Source: Acaryochloris thomasi RCC1774
GTDB lineage: Bacteria; Cyanobacteriota; Cyanobacteriia; Thermosynechococcales; Thermosynechococcaceae
Assembly (NCBI RefSeq): GCF_003231495.1
Contig: NZ_PQWO01000006.1
Location: 180,001 to 212,000 of the forward strand
Direction: 5' to 3'
DNA: 32,000 nt
Below are positions 8,032 to 18,289 of this stretch, piece by piece (the stretch's first letter is position 1; every line of letters begins with the position of its first letter). The position numbers were made by a program, and so were the translations under genes. The notes beneath the pieces are model-generated. The model was not told the origin of the DNA and ran no database searches. It saw only the letters and a program-made list of their open reading frames with translations.

Positions 8032-8980
8032 AATTGCTCCCCAGAATTAATAGCTTAGCGCTTCATAGAAAAACAGCTAAAATATGAAAAAAGATAAAAT
8101 GCTTGTAGAGGCCTCTGATGAATCCCCATCACGGCTTAAGAGTGAATCCATTGATGGTGCCGACCCTTTATCCAAGGTGTAGGTGCTCCCTAGGTTTATT
8201 CTCCGAAGCAACGACCGGCGTGAGCAGTCGGTGCCTACAAAATTCATCGCATAATTCAAAAACTGTAAATTTTAAGAACTATGAAATGGTAGGTGCAAAT
8301 AGCCTTACCTGAAGTGGCGTTTAGATGTTGATTTATCAAAACTAATTTAACCCATCTCTCCTAGTGTTGCCAACTCTTCCGTAGCGTATCTACAAGTAAT
8401 CGCGCTTTCTTGGCGACGCTCACTATTTTGTTCTGCAGAGTCGCAAAGAATCGAAGACTCCTGCTCAAAACCGTTGCTAGGACTCCAGATTGTTTAACAG
8501 ATTGCAATGTAAGAGAGTCAATCATGCCGAGCTATCTCTCAATAACGCACTTTTTATAACCTAGGCTCCAGGCTCAGTAGCCCGGAAATTGCATTGTGCA
8601 AACTGGCGTACTGCTTGTTATTGTCAAAGATGCTGCTCTTTGAATCTGTGTCTTCAACTACTAAACTTTCCATCACAATACTTGAATTATTTCCTTGGGA
8701 AAAATATATATGTCAGCGATACTCTGAGCTGCTAGCCGGATGGTAAAGGCTGGCTCAGCTCTCTATATTTGTGCCTTCAAAGCTGTTTTGGCTTCGTAGA
8801 GAATCCGGGATTTAGTTGTGAAAATGGAAATTTATTAGAGAGATTCTTTTTGAAAATAACGAAAAAACCTGTGGGGAATTCATCTTCTAGACGGCTATGG
8901 TCAATGGAGTGTTGAGTGTGAGAAAGGTAGATCTCTGCTAACCTATATCTCTCTTTACCATCTGCCCTGAATCGATCGCA

Positions 8981-9778
8981 TCATCGATTACTCACCCTCA
9001 GATGAGCTCGGCTAACGACTGTCTTGGTGATTAGCTGCCGCGCTGCAAGCCAGACGAAGGGAGGAATCGTTGTTGCATATCGTCGCCATAGTCGCCCCGG
9101 CTCTTGATATAGACGATATGCCCATTCCATTCCCAATGTTCTTATCCACTGAGGCGCATACTTTTGTAGCCCGGCATAAACGGGGAAGACGCCACCTAGT
9201 CCCACCATGGTGGCGTTGATCCTGCCTCGATGCTGAGCAATCCATTTTTCCTGTTTAGGGCAGCCTAAAGATAGGAAAAGTAAGCCTGCTTCTGTGCCAT
9301 TAATTCTTTCTACGATTTTTTGGTCTTCTTGATCTGTCAGAGGCCGAAAGGGCAAGGACTCCATACCGATAATGTCTAAGCTGGGATATTCACTTTCCAA
9401 TCGCTGACGCATTTTTGCAAGAATCTTTGTCTCAGAACCCAGGAAAAATATGCCGACTTTTTGCTGCTGTGCCTCTTCACAGAGTTTCTTGAGCAGATCC
9501 ATGCCAGCAACTCTTTCTTGGCTGTATGCCCCTAGAAATTTCAGCATCCAGACCAGCGGCATTCCATCTGGGGTGACCAAATCAGCTGAATGTAAAATCT
9601 GTTTGAAGGATGGATCCCAATACGCTTCCATCAGCATGTGAACATTAGCCACACAAATGGTCTTGCTAATATTCTGTTTTGCCCAGGCAATGATCTGAGT
9701 TGCACTTTGCTTTAGAGATAGTGCATTGACATTCGTTCCAATAACCTGGATCTTATCAAGGGTTCTAATATGATTCAT
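8981..9778 (-). CDS. WecB/TagA/CpsF-family glycosyltransferase (WecG/TagA-like)
   Basis: 265 aa with family-typical VTPDGMPLVWM, GIFFLGS and SLGCPKQEKWI motifs. Confidence 0.8.
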   Translation of the reverse strand: MNHIRTLDKIQVIGTNVNALSLKQSATQIIAWAKQNISKTICVANVHMLMEAYWDPSFKQILHSADLVTPDGMPLVWMLKFLGAYSQERVAGMDLLKKLCEEAQQQKVGIFFLGSETKILAKMRQRLESEYPSLDIIGMESLPFRPLTDQEDQKIVERINGTEAGLLFLSLGCPKQEKWIAQHRGRINATMVGLGGVFPVYAGLQKYAPQWIRTLGMEWAYRLYQEPGRLWRRYATTIPPFVWLAARQLITKTVVSRAHLRVSNR

Positions 9779-10219
9779 GCTTTTGATCCGTTTGAATTTG
9801 GAGAGAATGCAGGTTTATTTTTGCTGCCTCTACCCTGCTCTTGATATCTTGCTGAGAGCGAGTAAGAAACGCGTTAGCGCTCGATGTGGTAGTTGCACTG
9901 TATCGATGGAGTCAAGATGCCATATGTTGCCTAGTACCTCGATAAGGTGTAAGTGACGACTAAACTGCAGAGAAGGCAAAATGCCTAAATTACAGCATTA
10001 CGCTGCCAAATAAATTGTGATGGTGTTCTGCAGCCTGTTTTTGAAGACCCGCAACGGATCCTTCCAAAACGCCATCATTTACATGTCTGTTAGAACTGGC
10101 TAATTTATGCAAATGCCCTGCATCGAAGGAGAAGGTCTGCCGTTTTGCAATGCTTCTAGCCAAGCCGTTAAGGGACTCATCGGGTAACTTTTGTGTTAAT
10201 CAAATTAAGTGACGGCACT

Positions 10220-12451
10220 TCAACTCTGGGCATAAATGACAACAGGAACCCGTTTATAGGCGGGGGTCCCACAGCGCGAATCAATTTTTGCTTTGAACAG
10301 CACATTGGCCTCTGGATAGAACATTAGCGCTGCACTTGAGCGGATGTTCCCGTAGATAATTTCTACTTGTTCTAGCTTGTCAGCATTGCCCTGTACGGTG
10401 ACGCGCTGATGATTGCTGAAGCCTGCTTCTTTTGCATCATCTGGGTTCATCAAAATGCAGTTGCGATGGGGCATGGCTCGATAGCGATCGTTCAACTGAT
10501 ACACCACTGTATTGTGTTGACCATAGCTGCGCCCTGTAATCAGCGCTAAGACTAAGCTAGGGATCTGATCCGAGATCCCAAACGCTTCGGCTTTAGGCAA
10601 ATGTAGCTCAGGTATTGGTGTCACCTGCATCTGGGCTTTGCCAGAAGGTGTTAGAAATTTTGGCTGCTTGAAAATGCGTCCGCTGATTGTAAACTCAGCT
10701 TCTGTTTTGTCAATGTCTGCGATGGCTGCGTATCCTGGGATCGTTTGAGCAATCAGTTGCCGGACATACTCTGTATTCTGCAGGCGACGCCAGTCAACTG
10801 GGCTATTCCCTAAAAGCCGATGGGCTAATTCGGTTAAGAACTCGACTTCGGAGATTAGATCTCCTTTCAGGTGGGTTTCGCCTGGATCGTTGAGTCGGAC
10901 AAAGTTATTCCCTGATTCGGTTGTTGTCCGGTGGGGCGTTTCGAAGCGGTTGAAGACGGGGATGATGATGGTGTTTTGATTGGCTAGGCCATGAAAGTGA
11001 CCTAAGTTTGGCTTTGTTGCCAGATAGATTACTGTCTTGATCTTCCCGAATGCGCTTTTGGCCTGGGCAAGGTCTGGGTTGGCAGCGTAGAGGTTGCCGC
11101 CAACACACAGCAGTGTCTCTACTTTGTGGGTGTCTGCAGCTTCAATGAGGGCTCGGGCGTCGTAGCCAGGGACACGGCTCAGAGATTTGCCGAGTAGCGT
11201 TTCTAGGGCCTGCTGAATTTCTTTTTTCAGCTTTGTTGTTACCCCCATGGAGCCAAAGCCTTGGACGTTAGAGTGTCCTCGAATGGGCATGGTGCCTGAG
11301 CCTTCTTTCCCTGCGTTTCCAGTCATGAGGGCAGTATTGGCGATGCTGAATACGTTATCTACGCCGTTGGCTTGCTGGGTGATCCCCATTGCCCATGCCA
11401 GTACAACATTCTGGGCTTGCCCAATGATTTGGGCCGCTGCTTCTATCTCACGCTGGGCAACGCCACAGGTTGCAGTAATGGTGTCCCAGGAAGTCGCATG
11501 AACCTGCTCTATAACTGCTTCCCAGCCATCGACGTGGCCTTGTAGAAAATCAAATTCTACGAGATCCATTGCCAATAATGCTTTCTGAATGCCGACAAAG
11601 AGTGCCACATCGCTGCCGGGAATCGGCTGCAAATATAGTGAGGCAATTTCAGAACCCGTCAATAGCGACTTAATCGGAAAGGCTGGGGAAGCAAATTTGA
11701 CTAATCCTACTTCTTGAACCGGGTTGATGACAATGATGTGACCGTTGCGATCGCGTATTTTAATCAGTTCATTTACGAGTCGGGGATGATTCGCAGGCGC
11801 ATTCGAGCCAACGAGAACGACGCAGTCAGATTTTTTTAGGCTCTTTAAGCTCACCATTGAGGTACCAGAACCAAACACCTGTTTGAGTCCAACGGTGGAT
11901 GGCGCATGACAGAGGTCAGAACAGTCTGCTAGGTTATTAGACCCCAGTGCCCGGATCATCAACTGCAATAGGTACGCAGCTTCGTTAGAGGATCGCCCTG
12001 AACTATAGGAAGCTACTCGCTCAGGTGGGCATTGAAAGGCATCTGTCGCAATCTCATAAAGTTCGTCCCAGCTTAGGCGTTCGTAGTGGCTTTGGCCTGC
12101 CCGTAGGATCACAGGAAAGCTCCAGCGACCAAGCCGGTCTGCTTCATAGGAGGTCAGTTGCTGCAGTTCAGTAAGAGAGTGGCGTTCGAAAAAGTGCTCT
12201 GACACAGCAGGCATTAACTCTGCATGAATAGCCTCAACGCTCTTCATACAGCGCTGCAGAGACTCTCCCACTTCGTTGGTGAATCCGCCATGCTGCCCAC
12301 CTGTGCCCCAAGCACAGGAAAGACAGGCGCTCTTGTGATTAAGGGTTCGCCACAGCCTCGGCCCTCGAGTCGAGAGGGTCTTGGCTGCCCAGTAATGAAT
12401 CACAGGCATCCCACCGCCGACTGTGGGAAGTTGAGGGCGATTCTCTGACAT
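10220..12451 (-). CDS. FdhF/YdeP-family molybdopterin oxidoreductase
   Basis: 743 aa. The N-terminal NHKSACLSCAWGTGGQHGGFTNE block is characteristic of the YdeP group. Length and layout match molybdopterin oxidoreductases. Confidence 0.8.
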   Translation of the reverse strand: MSENRPQLPTVGGGMPVIHYWAAKTLSTRGPRLWRTLNHKSACLSCAWGTGGQHGGFTNEVGESLQRCMKSVEAIHAELMPAVSEHFFERHSLTELQQLTSYEADRLGRWSFPVILRAGQSHYERLSWDELYEIATDAFQCPPERVASYSSGRSSNEAAYLLQLMIRALGSNNLADCSDLCHAPSTVGLKQVFGSGTSMVSLKSLKKSDCVVLVGSNAPANHPRLVNELIKIRDRNGHIIVINPVQEVGLVKFASPAFPIKSLLTGSEIASLYLQPIPGSDVALFVGIQKALLAMDLVEFDFLQGHVDGWEAVIEQVHATSWDTITATCGVAQREIEAAAQIIGQAQNVVLAWAMGITQQANGVDNVFSIANTALMTGNAGKEGSGTMPIRGHSNVQGFGSMGVTTKLKKEIQQALETLLGKSLSRVPGYDARALIEAADTHKVETLLCVGGNLYAANPDLAQAKSAFGKIKTVIYLATKPNLGHFHGLANQNTIIIPVFNRFETPHRTTTESGNNFVRLNDPGETHLKGDLISEVEFLTELAHRLLGNSPVDWRRLQNTEYVRQLIAQTIPGYAAIADIDKTEAEFTISGRIFKQPKFLTPSGKAQMQVTPIPELHLPKAEAFGISDQIPSLVLALITGRSYGQHNTVVYQLNDRYRAMPHRNCILMNPDDAKEAGFSNHQRVTVQGNADKLEQVEIIYGNIRSSAALMFYPEANVLFKAKIDSRCGTPAYKRVPVVIYAQS
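11747..11754. repeat. HIP1 octamer GCGATCGC
   Basis: Exact match read in the sequence. Confidence 0.95.
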
Positions 12452-12766
12452 TTAGGGATGCTCCTGCACAGTAGATATATTGTACGTGCAGTTTTAAATA
12501 ATTTTGCCGTCCACCAAGCAATGGCTCAACAATGTCTGCCTATTTAACTATGGCGATTGACGTTTACGACAAAAGCAAAGCCTCTGGCATAACCAAAGGC
12601 TTCTCGATAGGTGCGGCCCCCCCGCACACTCAGCTAAGTATCTTAATATGTACATTACATTTCAATGGTGAACATCTAGTGAAGGAATATCTTGAGCCGT
12701 TGAGCTTTCTGGCACTTTTTCCTTGCTAGGATAATCAGCGTTAATGAATTCCTCGCGGTTTGATTT
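12452..12766. promoter_or_regulatory. Divergent intergenic region that must hold the promoters of the YdeP-like (-) and aldo/keto reductase (+) genes
   Basis: 315-bp gap between two back-to-back gene starts. No specific -10/-35 elements could be assigned with confidence. Confidence 0.4.
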
Positions 12767-12769
12767 GTG

Positions 12770-13954
12770 ATGCGATATCGACGCTTCGGGCGCACTGAGC
12801 TACAAATGCCTGTCTTTTCCTGTGGCGGAATGCGCTACCAGTATTCTTGGAGAGATGATCAGGTAGAAGGTATCACCCAAGCCAGTCAAGACAATCTTGA
12901 GGCAACGATTCGCCGCGCTCTTGATTTGGGCATCTATCACATTGAGACAGCGAGGGGATATGGTACCTCAGAAGTTCAGTTGGGTCGCATCTTGCCTCAG
13001 CTACCGCGTGAGCCATTGATTATTCAAACAAAGGTTAGCCCTAAGCCAGATGCCGAGGAGTTCCGGCACACGTTTGAGCAGTCTTTGGCCAATCTTCGGC
13101 TTGATTATGTCGATCTGTTGGGGCTGCACGGTATCAATACGCCTGAAATTTTAGAGTACAGTCTTCGACCTGGGGGCTGTCTTGATATCGCCCGTCAGCT
13201 ACAGGCCCAGGGTAAGGTCCGCTTCATCGGCTTTTCGACCCATGGACCCACTCAGGTGATCGTAGATGCGATCGCAACTAACCAATTTGACTATGTAAAC
13301 CTGCACTGGTACTACATCAATCAACATAACTGGCCTGCTTTGATGGCTGCCGCTGAGCGCGATATGGGTGTATTCATCATTAGCCCCTCCAATAAAGGAG
13401 GACTTCTCTATAAACCCTCACAAACACTGCTAGACCTCTGCTTTCCCCTTAGCCCAATGGTGTTTAACGATCTGTTTTGCCTAAGTCATCCACAGGTTCA
13501 TACCCTCAGTCTTGGGGCTGCTCACGCAACAGACTTTGACGAGCATCTCAAGGCCCTTCCCCTTCTAGAGCAGGCTACGCAATATTTACCCCCCATTATT
13601 GAACGGTTGGAAGATGAGGCTATTGAAGTACTAGGAGAAGACTGGGTCAAAAACTGGCATAGAGGACTTCCCGAGCCAGACGAGACGCCGGGCAACCTTA
13701 ACATCCCTGTGATTCTGTGGCTGCGGAACCTTGCGATCGCATATGACATGGTTGAATATGCCAAGATGCGATATAACTTGCTTAGTAACGGGGGACATTG
13801 GTTCCCTGGGAACACAGCCGCCCAAGTGCAAAACCTCGATCTGAATAACTGCTTGAGCGCTAGTCCCTACCAATCTCAGATCCCTGAACTACTAGCAGAT
13901 GCTCACCACCGACTCGGCGACAAACCGCTCCAACGTTTGTCGAAAAGTGAGTGA
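12770..13954 (+). CDS. Aldo/keto reductase family oxidoreductase
   Basis: The track ORF starts at GTG 12767 and an ATG follows at 12770. MRYRRFGRTELQMPVFSCGGMRY, HIETARGYGTSE and DLLGLHGIN resemble AKR N-terminal and active-site blocks. 394 aa. Confidence 0.75.
   Translation: MRYRRFGRTELQMPVFSCGGMRYQYSWRDDQVEGITQASQDNLEATIRRALDLGIYHIETARGYGTSEVQLGRILPQLPREPLIIQTKVSPKPDAEEFRHTFEQSLANLRLDYVDLLGLHGINTPEILEYSLRPGGCLDIARQLQAQGKVRFIGFSTHGPTQVIVDAIATNQFDYVNLHWYYINQHNWPALMAAAERDMGVFIISPSNKGGLLYKPSQTLLDLCFPLSPMVFNDLFCLSHPQVHTLSLGAAHATDFDEHLKALPLLEQATQYLPPIIERLEDEAIEVLGEDWVKNWHRGLPEPDETPGNLNIPVILWLRNLAIAYDMVEYAKMRYNLLSNGGHWFPGNTAAQVQNLDLNNCLSASPYQSQIPELLADAHHRLGDKPLQRLSKSE
13268..13275. repeat. HIP1 octamer GCGATCGC
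   Basis: Exact match read in the sequence. Confidence 0.95.
13733..13740. repeat. HIP1 octamer GCGATCGC
   Basis: Exact match read in the sequence. Confidence 0.95.
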
Positions 13955-14802
13955 TTGGAGTGCCTTTGCTCAAATAGTAGCCCACCCCAAATTCTGTAAT
14001 AGCTGCAACCGGCCTAGGCGCTCTCAAAATTACGATCTAGCCCTAAGGCGTTATGACTTTGATTTTGAAGGCCAACGACTGCTAAACACCGCCTACGCCG
14101 TATAGGGTGCAAACATTGCGGTTCACAGGAGTCTATGATTAAATATATGACAACCTGTTAAGTTGTTTTAAATTAAGCTGCGCTATCATTCCACGCTACA
14201 TTTTCAGTGATGGTGGAATAGCTGGCTAAAATTTATTCAGCGTGGGTTGGGGGTCCTACACTGATAGCATTCTTTTTTAGGGAGTTCAGTCAAATTGAGC
14301 GGTTGCTGTAGAGAATCGGGGGGTTCTAAACGGCACCGAATCTTTATCACTGTGAAGCTAAGAGACGCTTAGTTTCTAGACTTCTGTCTTCTGGCTGTTA
14401 AGCAGCGTTATGAGGTCTGACTATCTGCCTTAGAGTCTTCTATTGACTCAGTCAGATTGTTCGGTTCACGGGTGCTTTTGGGATTGGAGACCTAATCAAA
14501 CTTAAGAAACGAAGTCTGGGCACATTTTGCCTAAAGCTATCGTCCTTGTGATTCATACTCAACTCCAGGAGTCGCATGCAGGGAGGTCCATTGGGTTTGT
14601 TGTGCGTCCGAGAAGCACGCCGATCTAGAACTAAATGTCTTTTTCCTGTTTAGAAAGTAAAATTAGCTTATTGTCGTTTTTTCGGCCTAATATTGGAGAC
14701 TTCCGTCTGCATAAGTCGGGCCTTCTCCATATCTATATTCGAGCCATCTACCGTTCGAATCATTCTGTTACTTCAAGTAAATGACATTGAGTTTGAACCC
14801 GT

Positions 14803-15993
14803 ATGAAGATTGCTGTAATTGGTGCAAAGGGTTTACCTGCTCAGCAGGGGGGGATAGAACAGCACTGTGCTGAAATATGTGCGCGTATGGCTGCTTGGGG
14901 GCACGAAGTTGACCTCTTTGCCCGACCGTCTTACAACGGGACATCTTGGTTTCATCATGACATTTACCATGGTGTGAGGGTTATCACGTTGCCGAGCTTG
15001 CCCCTCCGAGGAATTGACGCATTCTTGAATTCGGCGCTAGCGGCCATCATGACCTTGAGACGACCGTACGACGTTGTTTTTTTTCATGCCCTGGGACCTT
15101 CTCTGTTCTCCTGGATTCCCAAGCTAGTCACCACCTCTAAAGTCATTTCTGTTTGCCATGGCTTGGATTGGCAGAGGGCTAAGTGGGGTCGGTTTTCAAG
15201 TTTGATGCTACGTCTTGGTGAAAAGACCGCTGCTCACTGCGCAGACGATATCATCGTTGTGTCTCATGCTCTGCAGTCATATTTCTCGCAAGCTCATGCT
15301 AGAGAAACAACCTATATTCCCAACGCACCGGCAAAGTATGCTGACTCAGATCCCAACTTTGCCTATGGACAATCTCTAGGGTTAACGGCAAATAAGTACG
15401 TTTTGTTTCTGGGCAGAATAGTGCCTGAGAAATGTCCAGATCTATTGCTTGAGGCCTTTAGCAAACTGCAGCCAGCCGGCTGGAAACTAGTATTTGTCGG
15501 TGGAGGTAGCGACACCGAAGAATTCTCAACAGATTTGCAAAAACGTGCTACGGGTCGGATGGATATCGTTTTTACCGGTCAGCTAAAGGGCAAGTTTCTA
15601 GCTGAAATAGTTAGAGGATCAGGTTTATTTGCCTTGCCTTCTGATTTAGAGGGTTTGCCCCTAGCGATGCTGGAAGCGATGCGAGAAGGTATCCCAGTTC
15701 TTGCCAGTGATATCCTTGTTCATCAGCAATTACTGGGGCGGGATCGGGGTGTTTTGTTTAAAGCTGGAGATCTTGAATCATGTATCGAAGCTTTGGACTG
15801 GTCGATTAACCATTCTGGCAATTTAGCGGAAATGGCCCACGCAGCTCAGAAACACATTCAGAGACATTACGATTGGGACGGCATCACAATTGAAACGCTG
15901 AACCTATGCTTTGCCCTCCTTGGAAGCAGCCCAGATGTTTCTCTGCCCATTATTTCTACTCAAGGTAAAAAATACTTTAGACATAGAATGTAG
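14803..15993 (+). CDS. Glycosyltransferase family 4 (GT-B, retaining type)
   Basis: 396 aa. N-terminus MKIAVIGAKGLPAQQGGIEQHCAEICARMAAWGHEV (DUF1972-like GT4 start). C-terminal EGLPLAMLEAM E-x7-E motif. Confidence 0.8.
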   Translation: MKIAVIGAKGLPAQQGGIEQHCAEICARMAAWGHEVDLFARPSYNGTSWFHHDIYHGVRVITLPSLPLRGIDAFLNSALAAIMTLRRPYDVVFFHALGPSLFSWIPKLVTTSKVISVCHGLDWQRAKWGRFSSLMLRLGEKTAAHCADDIIVVSHALQSYFSQAHARETTYIPNAPAKYADSDPNFAYGQSLGLTANKYVLFLGRIVPEKCPDLLLEAFSKLQPAGWKLVFVGGGSDTEEFSTDLQKRATGRMDIVFTGQLKGKFLAEIVRGSGLFALPSDLEGLPLAMLEAMREGIPVLASDILVHQQLLGRDRGVLFKAGDLESCIEALDWSINHSGNLAEMAHAAQKHIQRHYDWDGITIETLNLCFALLGSSPDVSLPIISTQGKKYFRHRM

Positions 15994-16116
15994 ATCTAAA
16001 TCGTGTCTCTACCAATGGGTGAGAAGTAACGAGTTAAATATCCCTACTTTCGATATTAAGTGGCTAGTATAGGTATTAGGTATTTTAATTTTTAAGTGCA
16101 GCAGTAAGGTATCTCC

Positions 16117-18228
16117 ATGGATCAGAGTTTATCCCGACTTCCTCTTGTCTTTAGTCGGCATCGATGGTCAGCTTTAGCAGCTTTTTCCGCCGTTATGTGT
16201 GGTCTTTGCCTATACGTGGTTTTTGCGCCTCGTTTATACACCTCTAAGGTGCGCCTGATTTTGGATGGCACGCCAAGCACGAGCGTCTCGGATTTTGGTA
16301 GCACGATTGCTCAACAGCCCGGTAATGGCGCTCTGGCGAACCAAGAAGAAATTGTCTCTTCGAAACGTCTTCTTGAGAGAGCTCTGCAGTCCTATCGTCA
16401 GCAGTGGGATGATCCAGTAGATATTCCACTATCAGTTGGAGAACTCAAGCAAAGCCTCCAGACGGGTATTGTTCCTGGTACCGACATCTTTCAACTGCAG
16501 TATACAAGCTCTGACCCCGAGTTAGCTTCTAGAATGCTCAACTCCATTGCTCAAACAGTTGTGCAAGAAAATACGGAAACAATTCAGGCTGAAGCTAAAT
16601 CAGCTCGTGAATTCTTAGAAGGGCAAATTCCTCAGCGACGTCAAGAGCTGCTTCAGGTTGAAGCAAGAATGAGCAAATTCAAGCAAGAATATGGTTACGT
16701 GACGCTGAGTGCTGAAGGGAATAATAACGAGGCAAATCAGCTATTGGTTAATAGCTATGCCCAGTTAGAAGGTCAAATTCGTGATTTGACGTCACAAATT
16801 CAAGAAGTTGATGCGCGCAATCTGTCTTTGAGTACTTTGACGAATGCAGGCAGCATTAATAATACCTATACTTCGGTTCGAACGGGGCAAGATCCCGAAC
16901 TGCAGAACTTAAAGTCAGCCGTGACAAATTTAGAATCTCAGGTCGCTGCGCGTCGGACTGAACTTACAGATAGCCATCCAATCGTTATTCAGCTTGTTCA
17001 AGAACTGGATGCTGCTCGCACACTATATAATCAGCGACTATCACAGTTGGGAGGCGGTTCAAGTGTTAACATCGCGCCTGAAAGCGCACGGGTAGGTCAA
17101 GACTTATCTGTGCAGTTGATTCAGGGGAAAATTGAGCGTCTGTCTCTCCAAGAAAGATTAGAGGCCGCTCGAGGTAGCATGAAGCAGCTAGAGTCGCGCC
17201 GTCAGCAATTTCCCATCCTAGAGCAGTGGTTCACCCAGATGGATCGACGCAGGGAGGCTCTGTTCAACTCTATCCAGTTGCTAGAGCGCAAGTTGGATGA
17301 AGTTCGAGTGGCTGAGGCACAACTGCTGAGCAACTTCAGGATTCTTGATCTTTCTGAACCCAGCGGCAAACCCAGTGATCCAAATATTCCTGTGGTGCTT
17401 ATCTTGGGTACGCTAGCGGGCGCGGTTCTTTCAATCGGTACGGTAATACTGCTGGAGGCTCTAAATAGAAAGCTTTATAGCGCTGATGAAATTGAGGAGC
17501 TGGTGGAGTTGCCTGTCTTAAGTACATTGCCTCGGCTCTCGAAAAACACTCTCAATTTAGGCGAGCCAGCAAGCTTTTACGAAAATTCAGCTATTTTAGA
17601 AGCGTACCGAGCGTTGTTCAAAGCATTGGAATTTAGAGGTTTGGAAGAGTTCCATACTCTGGTTGTTAGTAGTGCTATTTCAGGGGAAGGTAAATCAGTT
17701 GTAACGTCCTATCTTGCTGCCGTTGCGGCTATGCTCTCTCGCCGAACATTAATTATTGATGCCGATCTGCGACGACCGACGATCCATAAGCAGTTCCAAT
17801 TACCGAATAAATCAGGCTTATCAGACATCCTTTCAGGTGACGTAAGTCTTGAAAGTGCTGCACAGTCAACATCGATTGATAACTTATCCGTAGTCACGGC
17901 CGGTAGTTCCTGCGTTCTCCCCTCCCGCTTTTTTGAATCAGACGGCATGAAGATTTTGCTTGAAGAAGCGCGGAGTAGCTACGATCTCGTTATTGTTGAT
18001 ACGCCTCCTGTCACGAGCTGCGTTGATGCTATGGCGGTTAGCAGCGAAGGATATCCTCTTCTGCTCATTGCTCGACCAAATGTGACAGAGAAAGATCTCT
18101 TAAAGCGATCGGCAGCGGAGTTGATAGAGCACAATATCAATGTTTTGGGTGTTGCTGTGAATGATGGGATCCCCAAGACTGACAGATATTATCAATACAG
18201 GCTAGAGAGCTATCAAGAGACAGCGTAG
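16117..18228 (+). CDS. Polysaccharide co-polymerase / BY-tyrosine autokinase (Wzc/GumC-like, PCP-2a)
   Basis: 703 aa. N-terminal TM segment, a long coiled-coil periplasmic region and a second TM segment (VVLILGTLAGAVLSIGTVILL). Walker A SGEGKS, Walker A' LIIDADLRRP, Walker B DLVIVDTPP. C-terminal Tyr-containing tail DRYYQYRLESYQETA. Confidence 0.9.
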   Translation: MDQSLSRLPLVFSRHRWSALAAFSAVMCGLCLYVVFAPRLYTSKVRLILDGTPSTSVSDFGSTIAQQPGNGALANQEEIVSSKRLLERALQSYRQQWDDPVDIPLSVGELKQSLQTGIVPGTDIFQLQYTSSDPELASRMLNSIAQTVVQENTETIQAEAKSAREFLEGQIPQRRQELLQVEARMSKFKQEYGYVTLSAEGNNNEANQLLVNSYAQLEGQIRDLTSQIQEVDARNLSLSTLTNAGSINNTYTSVRTGQDPELQNLKSAVTNLESQVAARRTELTDSHPIVIQLVQELDAARTLYNQRLSQLGGGSSVNIAPESARVGQDLSVQLIQGKIERLSLQERLEAARGSMKQLESRRQQFPILEQWFTQMDRRREALFNSIQLLERKLDEVRVAEAQLLSNFRILDLSEPSGKPSDPNIPVVLILGTLAGAVLSIGTVILLEALNRKLYSADEIEELVELPVLSTLPRLSKNTLNLGEPASFYENSAILEAYRALFKALEFRGLEEFHTLVVSSAISGEGKSVVTSYLAAVAAMLSRRTLIIDADLRRPTIHKQFQLPNKSGLSDILSGDVSLESAAQSTSIDNLSVVTAGSSCVLPSRFFESDGMKILLEEARSSYDLVIVDTPPVTSCVDAMAVSSEGYPLLLIARPNVTEKDLLKRSAAELIEHNINVLGVAVNDGIPKTDRYYQYRLESYQETA

Positions 18229-18289
18229 TAGCTTTATTGAAGTTGTTTCGTCCTCAATAGGAGTGAGTTTGGCTGTTGCTTAAATCAGG

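Noticed and set aside
8077-8312. Overlapping 60-aa (minus) and 64-aa (plus) ORFs just upstream of the chorismatase gene, together with weak complementarity (GCCGAC / GTCGGT) that made me consider a riboswitch-like leader.
   Set aside because: The two ORFs overlap each other on opposite strands and have implausible composition. The pairing is only 6 bp including a G-U pair, and I could not match any riboswitch consensus.
8726-8761. A hairpin (GAGCTGCTAGCC ... GGCTGGCTCAGCTC) considered as an intrinsic terminator for the WecG-like gene.
   Set aside because: No U-tract directly follows the stem on the minus strand, the stem has a bulge and a wobble pair, and it lies about 220 nt past the stop codon. 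It is mentioned only inside the spacer finding.
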